Source: Cycas panzhihuaensis (Eukaryota; Plantae; Cycadophyta). Taken from it: a stretch of 64,000 nucleotides of DNA. Below are positions 52,373-64,000 of this stretch, one piece after another. Each line of letters starts with the position of its first letter. Within the stretch, counting starts at the first letter, position 1. Position numbers and translations under genes: made by a program. Below the pieces are notes generated by a model. That model searched no databases, was not told the origin of the DNA, and worked only from the letters and a program-made list of their open reading frames with translations. The stretch covers positions 160,711,741-160,775,740 of the forward strand of contig CM041465.1 of NCBI GenBank assembly GCA_023213395.1, in the 5' to 3' direction.

Positions 52373-52772
52373 TCATCTAAGCGGGAGGCGGCTCAAGGAT
52401 GAGGCGGGACGAGGCCGGCCTCGGCATTGAGGTGCCTCGGGATATCTTTGGATATCCACCGACGAGAAACAAGCGGAAGAGACCGGCGAGACGCAAGGGT
52501 TCTCGGTGAGGGCATCGCACACAGTAAACTGGGTGAGATGGGACACCACGACACGAGAATCACAAAACAACACAATAGAACCGCGATGGAAAGCAGAGCA
52601 TCGATGGGGCTTCAATAGCAGTAGTGTACTTGGCTTCGTTATTGGTAGCCTCGGGAAGAAAGACTCCGGAATGCAAGTAATCATGTCCAAAGGGGCTGCG
52701 AAGAATCCACGCCGCGGCGGAAGGTCCGAGGTTGCCACGACTTCCACCATCGGTGAAAACGAGGAGAGACAT
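52373..52772 (-). pseudogene. Stand-alone archaeal-type RNase HI (aRH) ORF with frameshifts
   Basis: MSLLVFTDGGSRGNLGPSAAAWIL..GVFLPEATNNEAKY, then IVLFCDSRVVVSHL and IPRHLNAEA in shifted frames. Confidence 0.85.
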
Positions 52773-54000
52773 GGCTGGATACTAGGCTCTGGCAGTAAAC
52801 AAGTAGCGACGCAAGCAAAAATAAGGAATTGAATAACAAGCGCGAAGCGGTCCGAGAAGGGTAGGAGGACCTAGCAATGAGGTTACCTGAAAACGAGAGC
52901 AAGCAATCCAGGCCACCGAGAGTGGGCGGAGAAAAGACATCCTAGAGTCCCAAAGGTTGCTTTGGGAAGCCAAAATATGCCCCCAGACGGGGGGCATTCC
53001 CTTTGGGGACCCCAGGGGCGAACAAGGGGTGCGAAAATGGGTCCAGGGCGGCGAGACGAGCCAAACGAGTATAAACTCGGGCATGCACGGGAGCGGTAGC
53101 GTAAGCAGTGCAAAGGGGCCCTGCCAAAAGTGTAGAAATGAGGCGCCATAAATGCTTCTGCAAGAGGAGGCAGGAAGGGTGTCCATAAAATACAATGGGC
53201 AACCAGGCCAGAAGGCAAAGACTATCAGAGGGACGAGACGGTCCCAACGACTGCCACGGAGCTAGAAACGGAAGAAGTGCCCGCCGGGGCCCCCGCCTAT
53301 ATAAGGAAAACTAATGAAAGTTGGATTCATTTTCACCGGCTCTCGTGCGAAACCAGAGCCTCTTCCTTACGACGCGGAGTGCTACCCGATTTTAGAGGCA
53401 CGCAGGGGATGATCCGACCGTCAGATTCGAGCGAGGAGACAGTCATCACGATCCTAGAGGCGAGATGGCGACAGTCAGGCCGGATCTAGCGAGTGGATCT
53501 AACGTAACCTCTGTCATTTCAAAATTTGAAGTTTATTATTTTTCAATTAATTTTTAATGCATTTCATGCCCCTTATGGGCAATTAGAGGCCTCTCAGTCC
53601 GAATGGACCCGAGAAGAGGCGGGGACACAGGCATTAGGCGACCACGGTCCCGATGGGTTCCTGGGGTCCACCACAAAATTTCGATTTTAGGGCTAAAACC
53701 CCCTTTTAAGGGGTGCATGGTACCGTGGTCAAGATCGTGGCACCGCGATCTTGGCTGCGGTATCACAGGGGAGGAGCGATCGCCGTGGGACCCGCTCCAA
53801 ATTTAGCAGTACCGCTGAATTTGGAGCAGTGCACAGGCAGAAAATTAGAAAAAATAAACAAGGGGCCAAACAGCCCCTGAAAACCTAAAAAGACAACCAG
53901 ACAAGCAACTAGGAGCCTAGGGGACTGCTAGGAGACTAACTTTGACTGACTTTGATGAATGCAGGTAGTTACCGCGGTGGATAACCGCGAAAACGTCAGC

Positions 54001-54911
54001 ATGCCCATCCTGAGTTACCTGGAGATGGCGACAGAGGAGGACAAGGCGACCCTGAAGAGATGCGGCTGTCTGAGGCCACGAAGACCCCAGTTCACATCGG
54101 ATCGGCTCCTAGTGGACATAGTGTCGCCTTTGGGACGAGGAGGAGGCACGTGTTTCACTTGCCTCGAGATAGGAGATATTACTATCACCCGAGGATATTA
54201 GGCGGATCCTAGGGGTGCAGGCTGAGGAGACCCATGAGGCGAGGACGCTACTGCAAGGCGGCACAAAGGGAGGCTACTGTTCATCACGAGGCGGGAGCAG
54301 TGGCGGTGAGAGGAGCTCCCTGACAAGACTCATGTCAGGGATTCCTCGGGTGAGGAAACTTATCTTGCTATGCATTCTGTTCCAGATTTCCCAGAAACAG
54401 AACTACAGGGAGATTCCAGGAGGATGGGTGGATGCCAAGACCGGTGTGGTAGGCGAGGAGGATGGACTAGGCCACTCTAGTTGCGGTGAACCTCGTCGCC
54501 CAATTAGATACCATCAGGAGATCAGGCCGAGGAGGATTTTCTTCTGAGACGTTCTTTGCGGTCTTTGGTTTTGATCATTTTGCGGCGATGGCGCCTAGTG
54601 GGCCATTCCCCATAGCGAGGTGGGCCCTGATGGTTCACAGGTGGCAGACGAGATTCCGAGGGACAAAGGACCAGGCCCATGTCCGTCGGTCGGTCGATGC
54701 GACATCACTCGACCTCCTCACCCTGACAGATTACATAGCAGACCCATACAGAGCAGTGAGGTGGGGGAGTGATGACGGAGCAGGAGGAGCAAGAGCACCC
54801 ATCGACGACAGCTCTAACGACGATGACGATGGAGGCGATGGTAGCGATGACGGGGGAGATGGGGCCGACCCATCACGACCTGCCGGGGAGGCAGGTCCAC
54901 CACAGCCATGA
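54001..54911 (+). pseudogene. Plant mobile domain (PMD, aminotransferase-like)-type accessory ORF with frameshifts and an acidic tail
   Basis: Joined frames give LLVDIVSP/WDEEEAR..FHLP..IGDITIT/EDIRRILGV and FGFDHF..PFPIARW..VRRSVD..DPY, resembling PMD (L..RW..ETHTFHLP.GE.TITLEDV..ILG). An acceptor-like CTAAC..TGCAG lies at 53936-53964. Confidence 0.6.
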
Positions 54912-56826
54912 GGAGCTCCTGAGACGAGCAGGGCAGCCGAGACCAGGGGACGGAGGCTACGGATGGCTAACTCACTCACGGGAGGTCTCCACAGGGTTCA
55001 GGAAAGAAACGCTAGCAGGTAACAAGGTGGAGAAGGGTAGTGATGGGTTACCTATACCAAGTGGAAAGCTCCAACCAAATCTCTTAGGCTTCCCTAGCTC
55101 CGTTCCCTAAGAAAACGCGGATGGTAAAGGGAAAGAGGATAAGGGATGGAACCCTTAGGGAGAAGGATGGCAATGGGGGACGGAACCCCACCTATCTCCC
55201 TCAAACCCTCATGTGGAACCCTTTACACTGGTTAGCTCGGAAAAGGGTGAAAGGGATAGCTTAGAGGAAATGGGTAGATATCAAGGAAAAAACAAGAAAA
55301 TACCTCTAATCTAGAGTAAAGCTATGAGAGAGCCACAACTAGCTAAGATCACTTTCATTTAATAGCAAGGGAACTAGTAAAGAAAGTAGATGCAAGTGAG
55401 TGAAATGAGCTTGCAAGTAGAACGCAAAAACCAAGGAAAAAAGCACCAACAAGAAACAAGAAATACCTTGGATGAGAGGGGCATGCATACATGCACTTGG
55501 CCACTTGGAGCAATAGCAACAAACGATGTCTAGAGGCTGATTCTGAGTGTTTCTTGCATGAGTGTAGATGGGAGAAGCTCCATGCAAGTTGAGAGCTGGA
55601 AGTTGATCCTTGGAGTAGCCTTTTTAGTGAAGAAATCCCTTGGATCTTTGAGCATTTGTAAGGGAGAGTAGAACTTGTTGTGGAGAGCGGTGAGGGGCGT
55701 GATGGCCCTGCAACTCCAGCTTATGGTAGCCCACTACACCTCTGTCCAACTGTTGTACATGAAGTTCTCTGATTTCTGTCTTTTCCTTGTGTGTTTTTTG
55801 TGGAGAGTTTCTCTTAGCAGTCTTGGAAAATGAGCTCAAGAATGATTCAAATGAAAGAAAAAAAGGTTTTTATCTCTTGTTCACAGTAAGTGAACGTTGG
55901 GGCGTTAGGCGCCCCAATCGCATCTGAGGCCCAGTGCAATTCCGTGAAAAAACGCAGAAACTATCGTGTGGTTCTTTTTTTTTTAATTTCGAACAGTTGT
56001 CTGTGCAAACTGCAGTCTGCAAGAATGCCAGCATCGCTTAGTTTACCGCGGTATCAACCTAAAATTTAGAAAAGAGAAAAATAAAAAAGAAAAATCAGGT
56101 TTTGAGGTAAGAACAAAGACTAAACATGAATTCCATCAGTTGGGGGAAGGCCCAGGTAGTGGGCAAGTACCCAAAACAATGCAAAGAGCCCTAACTAAGG
56201 GTTAAACTGGACTTAGGAAGGACTGCAACATACGCGACACGTTGTAATCAAGAACAAACAAGCTGGCGGAAATAATCCCAGGAAACTGTGGAGACATCAT
56301 GGGTGGCTGTATGCCATACGGGGTGTCACATTCATTGAGGAATGCCCCTGCTGTGAGTCGTCATAGGCTGAAGTCGTGCCGTTAGGCACATGCATTATAA
56401 TGACGAGACAAACAAATGCATGTAGGCAGGCATATGTCAATCAAACTACTATAAATTACCTTAATTAACATAGGTAAGAAAAGTAAGAACATATACCTGA
56501 ACAAACCTGTGTCGATGCGTCTCGAGTCCATTCCCAGTAGCTGGGAGACAACAACTATTTTGAAAAATAAGATACACTACCATAGTTAATTTCTTAAGAT
56601 CTTTTGTTTTATAGTGGTCACATTGACCACATTTATATAATATTTTTAAGCTAATCACATTTTTTTCTTTTTTAAGTTGATTTTAGCTACTTGTGCATAG
56701 ACTAAGGAAGATATTTACTAGATTCTAACTACTTATATGTAGATTGAGGATGTTGATTAAAAAAAAAAAAGATCATTTTTTATGCTTTTTTGTTGTCTTT
56801 TGTTGCAATTTTATGGGATATAACAT

Positions 56827-58001
56827 AATGGAAAGGCGGGGTGGCAAAATGGGTTTTATAACTATAAAATTAACTAGTTTTAATAATTATGTTACATGGA
56901 TAGATTTTTTTAAACTTTAAATGATTTATGGAAATATGTAGATATCTCAATCATGACTTAAATAATAGTAGAAATTAGTGCTTTCATGACTAAACTCAAA
57001 GATGATACTGATTTTAGAGTTGAATGTGAAGTAGATTTATGAATTAGCTTTGGTTTTCTAAGTTTATCTATTAGTGGTAGTCTTATTATAAGCATCAAAG
57101 ACACCACTAATCCTAAGCAAATATGGGATACCATCATTAATTAATTTGAACACAAGGATTATGGGAGATCCATAAATCTAAGGAATTAACTATATAGTTT
57201 GAAGCTTATAGGATCAATGGTGGACCATCTGTAGCATGTTAAATTCATTCGAGACTAGCTTATCAATATTGTTAAAACTATACTAAAATCTAAGATAATA
57301 AATTATATCTTGAGAAGTCTATTAGCTACATATGAGAACTACATAACTATAGTAATACTGGAATATAAATTATCCTCTACAACATTTAATTTAGAATCAT
57401 TACTGCTTAAGCATGAGTAGAAGTTAAAGGACTTGAGTGAGGGATCACCTAGGGCATTAATAGTAAGATCAAGGGGAAAGAAGCCATATATTCCAAAAAG
57501 AAATACATTCTCTTAACATAATATTAAGAAGAAACAACTAAGAAATTTGAAAGGATAGTATAGAATAAAGTGTTTTTATTATGGAAAGTTAAGGCACATT
57601 AAGAAAGACTATTGGGAATTATAGTGATAGTAGCATCAATAGTAATAGTCATAATGATAAACTCAACAACAACAACAACAACAAAAGAGATAATAATATC
57701 TTACTAACTAGAAGGGACATATTTTAAATAAAGTAGAGAATATATTTCTAAAGATAGAAATATAGTTTTTTATTGTTGCATTCCAAATATGATCGAATAC
57801 ATATGTTACCTAGTTCATTGATTCTAGTACATTTAGATATATGATTGGCTAGTTGGAATAGTTTAAAGAAATATACGAAGCCAACTAGAATGTTACCATT
57901 AGAGACAATACTAATATAGAGGTAGTTGGAGTTAGAAATATACCCATCATGATGCTAAATAAAGAAAAATATTGCTTAGAGTATCTATCTATCTATCTAT
58001 C

Positions 58002-58081
<80 letters not shown>

Positions 58082-61000
58082 GCCAATCTTGTATTGGTAG
58101 GTGTTATTAAATAACAAAATATTATTACAACATTTGTTTAAGAATAATGTACAATCTAAGATATATAGAATAAGTTTATAACTATATGGATTAGAGATAA
58201 TAATTTATATAAACTATAAGGTCATTATAAAGCACTAAGAGCATTCATTATTATATCTTAAAAATAGAAAAGTTGGTATGAATGAATGAGATATTTAAAC
58301 TGCTCTAGTCTTTAATTAATATATAAGTTAAAAATGGTACATGATCTTCTTAGAATAAATACTAAAGATACTTATAGGAACTTATGTTTTTATCAAACAA
58401 TATAATGAAACATTTTCTAAGAAGAAACCTTAAAGGGCCAAAGAGAAACTTTTCTTGGTACACTCATATATTTATAGACCAATCCCTATTATATTACTTA
58501 GATAAGTAAAGTATTTTATCACTTTCATTGATGATCTTTTATAAAAAAATCTAGATTTATCCTTTAAAAGGAAAATCTCAAGAATTCACTAATTTTAAGT
58601 AGTTTAAAGAATGTGCACAAAATAAAAGTGGTTATAAGATCAAAATATTGCAAATCAATAATGGTGGACAGCACACTTTAAATAAATTTAATTAGTTTTA
58701 TAGGGATCACAAGACGAAAAGGTAGTTTTCCACTGCTTATATGCCCTAATATTATGGTGTAGTTGAGCATATGAATAGGATATTGGTCAAAAAAATAAGA
58801 TCCATGATGAAAGGCGAGGATATTATAGATTACTTATGCACTCAAACTATAAACATAACTATATATTTTATTAATATAAATATTATAAGTGATATAAGAG
58901 ATAAAATACTTCAAGAGGCTTAATTAGATAAGAAACCAATAATATATCATTTAAGAAATTTTAGGTTTATAATATATATACATAGCTCAAAAGAGAAAGG
59001 ACATAAGTTAAATGAATAATACACTAAATGCACTATTGTAGAATATTTTAAGGAAAGTAAAGCATATATAGATTTCAAGTTATTAACTAAGAGAGTCCAC
59101 ACAACTTAGGATATCATCTTTCATGAGGATAATAAGTCAATTTTGGGTTCAATCAATATTAAAGAATAGTTTGAGGAGTAATCTAAATATAGTTCTTCAT
59201 GGGAGATTACCAAACCTAATAGTGAATCTTTTATACCTAATATTAGTGAAGCAATAGAATTGGAATCATTTTAGTTTTTTTAGTCAAAGTTATATTAACC
59301 TAAAATTAAAGTAGATACCATACCTTCACCTTCATCTTCACAAAAGAAGTTCCCTTGGTGGTATTTTAAAACTATGGAGGATACTAAAAAGTAGTTACTT
59401 GAAATTGAGGGAAATCAAAACTCTAATATAACCTTTTAGGTAGGTGAGCATTACTATTACATAATGAGTATTGAGTATAAATAAACTTTCTACTATTGAG
59501 GGGGTAATTAAAAGGAAAATAATGAATGACATTATAAATATTAAATTCTAATAGTTAGAAAGAATGATTTAGTACAGTTACCCATTAGGAAGTAAGAAAT
59601 TAGTTATAAATAGATTTATAAGACCAAATACAAATTAGATAGATCTATAGATAAACATAATTCTAGATTAGTAGCTAAAGGGTTTTTAAGTAAAAAGAAG
59701 GGATCAACTATTAAGAGACATTTGCTTTAGTTATAAAAATAAATACTATTTGACTCATTATAATGATGCCTATATTATTCAATTGATAACTTCATCAAAT
59801 GGATGTGAAAAGTGCATTCCTAAATGGAGACATGGCAAAAGAAGTTTACATAGAATAATTATTTTTCTTTATGAAGAAAGGTCAAGAGCACTTAGTATGT
59901 TAATTTAGAAAGGTTTTATATGGCCTAAAATAGGTTCCAAGGACCTAGTATAAGAATTGATTAATATTTTCTAAGAAATAGATTTTAGAGATCTCCAATT
60001 GACTCAAATACATACATCAAAGTCTTCAATGATAAAGTTATATTTTTAGTGTTATACATTGATGACTTATTAATCATAGGTAATGCAATCAATACGATAT
60101 CATACTTAAAGATATATATAAGTTGTATTTTCGAGATAATAGATCTAGGAATACTTCACTACTTCCTTGGAGTGGAAGAATAGTAGAGGCTTAGATATAT
60201 CTTCATATCATAGTCAAAATATACTTAGGAAATTCTAATGAAATTTAGAATGGATAATTGTAAGTCTATGCCTATCCCTATGAAGAGAAGTTCCAAATTA
60301 ACAATAAAGAATAATAGAGTAAATATTAATATAATATTAAATAAGAAACTAGTTAGTAGTCTAACTTACTTGATTATGACTAAACTTGATATTTTATTAG
60401 TAGTTACGATAGCATCTAGGTTTATGGAATTGCTAAAGTAGGATAATTAGAAGGCTATAAAAAGAATCTTTAGATACGTAAATGGTACAATATGATATGG
60501 ACTTAAATTTATACATAATCACAACTTTGATTTAGATGGATTCACAAATTTAGATCTAGTTGGATATGTAAGAAATAGGATGTTGACTTCTAGTTACTAT
60601 TTTAGCTTAGGGTCAATTGTAATTAGTTAGAGTAGTAATAAGCAACCCAATATTACTCTTTATTAACTGAAGTAGAGTACAAGGTTGTAGTTATGACAAC
60701 TATTAAAGTCATATGGTCATAATAAATTCTTAGAGACATGGGTCTATATCAATAAGAACCAACTAAGTTGTACTATAGTAGTTAGAGTATACTTAAGATT
60801 ACCAAAATCCTCGTGTTCTACACCTATACCAAATATATTAAGATGCATAATAACTCCATTATAGAACTAATTTAGAATAGACTAATCTAGATGGTATATG
60901 GGCCTCCAAAATAATAGTTGGATAATATTTACCATACAACCAATATGGGATAAATTTTAGACATTCATGGATGGTTTAGGTTTTAGACCTATTGATGTAA

Positions 61001-61354
61001 ATATTAAGGGAGAGTGTTATAATTATTTAATATTTACATGTAATTGGCCTAACAACTTTAACTTGTGAGCCTTCCCCTTTATGTATTCTACATTAGATAC
61101 TTTTTATTATTCTTATATTAGAATAATGAGTCATAGGGGTTACTTAATATTCAACTTATATCACTTTAGTTATATGTAAGGTACATTTATAGAGGTATTT
61201 ATATGTATATTAATTATGTATTATAAAAGTTTGATAAGAAATGCAAATGAATATGATTAAACTTTACAAACAAATTTTCTAAGTCTTAATCATTACTATC
61301 ACTCTATGTTATATCTTGATTGTTTACCACTAGAGACTTTCACATAATTAAACA
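56827..61354 (+). mobile_element. Heavily decayed Ty1/Copia element (gag to 3' LTR; 5' LTR not identified)
   Basis: gag at 56827-57620 with a knuckle remnant, integrase 58380-59120, RT ([12 protein letters not shown] at ~59793; YIDDL at ~60055), RNase H 60540-60970, PPT AAGGGAGAG then TGTTAT at 61015. Confidence 0.88.
57982..58079. repeat. (TATC)n plus long (TA)n microsatellite expanded inside Copia pol
   Basis: Direct reading. Confidence 0.9.
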
Positions 61355-62134
61355 TTCATATCCATTCAACTCCTTTTCCAAATAATGAATAAGTAGGGAA
61401 ATAATATAATACGTATATTATTATTAAAATTATTCAAAGGATACTAAGTAATAACTAAATTTTAATAAAAACTCAAAGGTTAAATTAAAAAAAAAAGAGC
61501 CTATTTCTTAATTCATTTATCTTAGATTTAACCTCTTATAAGAGGTGCAACATAATAGCTTAAGGAGTTGATAACTAAGTACTTTAAGCTACTATCATTC
61601 CCTTTCCTATGGCACAAGATTCTCATGTGGGTCTATTCTATGACATTTTAAGCCTAAAAGAAGAAGAAATAATCAACATTTAGATTTCATAAAGTCTTTC
61701 CTTCTTTGAAAAAATTTAGAAGAGAGGATAGGTGAAGAAAATGAAGAAAAAAGTGATAAGAAATAGTAATTATACTAATACAAACTAAGCAACAACTAAC
61801 CCTTCTTTATTCAAAAATCCCCTTTTTATAGGTATTCATTTTAATCATAACCACTTCCAATTGCCATTATGTCTTTTTAGCTTCCTAAATTATTATAACT
61901 ATCTAGTTCTAAAGTAAATTATTATGCTAATGAGGTATTAAACAATGCTAAATCAATTTGAATCTCATTACATTTTATATGGAGATATTTTAGCATTAAT
62001 AGCTCTATCTAGGTTAAATATTTTTAACTTTGCTTATCTAATTAGTTATATAATTATAAATCTAATCTTTGAATATTTTTGGAATTGCAAGTCATTTCTT
62101 CTTCTACTTTCTTAGTAAGAACTTCTTTAACTTT

Positions 62135-62950
62135 TGTTGGAATGTTAAAGTTCATGATTATTGATAAGTAATGTTTAATTAGTGGTCAAGAGGTCAAAAT
62201 TATCATTAAATAATATTAAAGAGTCCCACACACATGATCTAATTAGTTAACGTAATGGTAAAATATAATTAGAAGATGAAAAAGCTATCATATGTAATAG
62301 GCTCATCATGAGGTGATTATACCTATAAATATGTATACATACCACTTGAGAACTTGAGAAAGAAATTTATTTAGAGATATAGTAAAGAAAAATAACACTC
62401 CAAACCTTCTCCCATGGTTTTTCCCTCTTAGATTTTTCATGTATAAATCTTAGTGTTTCTTGTAGTAATGCTTGGTATATTTGATTATATTCGATATTCA
62501 TATATGTTGATATTATCTAATATTTATGTGCATATTCCTTATGATTCATCATTATGTTTCCAATACATTTAGATAATTTAATATTGTATCAGAGCATTAA
62601 CGTTGTGAAAGATCTTGTAGCATAAGTGAAGTAGGTCCTAGTGAGAGTTGATCAAAGTTGTACAATAGAACTAATATTAAGCTAATAAGAGCCAATTATG
62701 CCAAAGACATATGACTAAGATTTTAGGGAAACTTGATGAAGATGTTAAGTTTGAGCAGAAGATGGAATCTCATTTTTTGGTAAGTAATTTACGTGGATAT
62801 TTATTACACGTGGAGCTCCTTTATTGATGAAACATATAGATTTAAACAAGTCCACTAAGCTAATAAAGATAAAGGAGATATTATTTCCATTTGAGTTCAC
62901 TTATATAGACTAATCCCTTGCAAATGTAACAGAGGTTTTATGAAATTAAT
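62135..62950 (+). mobile_element. Truncated Copia 5' end: LTR, PBS and gag start
   Basis: TGTTGGAAT at 62135, the LTR-type GGTTTTTCCCTCTTAGATTTT block, degenerate PBS TTGTATCAGAGC at 62584-62595, then a gag-like remnant. Confidence 0.6.
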
Positions 62951-64000
62951 CATCTCACCAAATATCACTATTAATAATCACATATATATATATTCAAGCA
63001 TTTTTCAATAATTTAAAGATTCAAAATTTTGAAAGAGATTCCACACACACACACACACACGTATATATATTGGAAGAAGATTCAAAAAAGATTTGAAAAA
63101 TATTTTGTGAAAAGATTGAGTAGCATTTTGGTTCATTAGTGAAGCTAATTGTTAGTCTCCTAGTTTTTATCAATGTATTGTCACTTCTAAGCCATATTAT
63201 TTTATTGATATAAGTATAACTATAGACCATTACGAGTGTCTTGTGATTGAGATTAATTGCTAGATTAAGAATCATTAATAAAAAATTAGGATTTTATGAG
63301 AAGTTAGTAAACCATTAGTACATGAAAATTAAGTGCAAAAACTTGATAAAGTAAGATTGAAGGGCATCGATTTTGAGGTATGTTTCTGATATGCATGAGA
63401 TTTAATTTAGTAAATAATGTGAGATAGGGTTTCACATGAGGATTTTAAAAATGTGCATGTATAAAAAACACTCCTATACATATGTATTTATTAATGTTAT
63501 ATGATAAGGATTTAAAATTTTATTTGACATGAATAAATATATTATTGAAATGCCACCATTGAGTGCCATTACTATTCTTAAAGCTACCTTATACCAATGT
63601 ATTATCTTAATTTACACTGTCACTTAATGTGATTGCCCTACCGGGACTATAATTATTTTGAGGAGATCTTATTCTACACCTTTATCTATATAAGCTTCAT
63701 TACCCATCATTCATGTGAATTGAAAAGGCTATGATTTAGAAGCCATGATTTTTAATGCTCATCCACCATTAATCTTATTGTGCTATATGTTTTGCCATTC
63801 AGAGTGTATTCCTTATTTTCAATAAGGAATATTGTGGATTAATATATACTTTAAGTATCATTATCCTAATACAGTGGAAGTGTATTATTCCAATACATGA
63901 AGTGCATTATTCTAATATTGTGGATTGATATATACTTGAAGCATCATTATCAATCACCTTATGTGTGATCTTTACGCTACCTTATTCTAAGCACTATTAC

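Larger units (their letters stand above)
49492..56550 (-). mobile_element. Young GC-rich Tat-like Gypsy LTR element with gag-pol and part of one LTR deleted
   Basis: TG at 49492 and CA at 56550 with TSD ACAAC (49487-49491, 56551-56555). Complete ~2.5-kb LTR at 49492-52013. The partial LTR 54961-56550 repeats 50426-52013. Orientation is inferred from LTR composition and the RNase H strand; PBS and PPT are not clearly seen. Confidence 0.85.

Overview
Eukaryotic nuclear DNA from a land plant, probably a non-flowering lineage (inferred from the TE families and the GT47 type). The window is mostly nested, decayed retrotransposons around one intact host gene, an intronless exostosin/GT47 glycosyltransferase at 29317-30675 (-). 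An old Ty3/Gypsy element (~3200-24350) is split by two Copia insertions, each with paired LTRs and a TSD (9296-16540 and 18115-23206). A Copia at 34271-48738 contains a full-length L1 LINE (36978-43274). A young GC-rich Tat-like element (49492-56550) lacks gag-pol but keeps a PMD ORF and an archaeal-type RNase H ORF. There are also further Copia/Gypsy fragments, a solo LTR and an LPCAT pseudogene. The most unusual item is a 611-bp mini-LTR element (32354-32964, TSD ACAAC). Its ~60-bp LTR end, iMet PBS and internal start together form a tRNA-spaced Pol III A-box/B-box promoter. It holds two unrelated self-folding internal domains in tandem and has an inverted left terminus. Also notable are an AlkB dioxygenase fragment in a Copia leader and a near-perfect palindrome with ~105-bp arms. 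All coordinates were read by eye; boundaries without a TSD are approximate.
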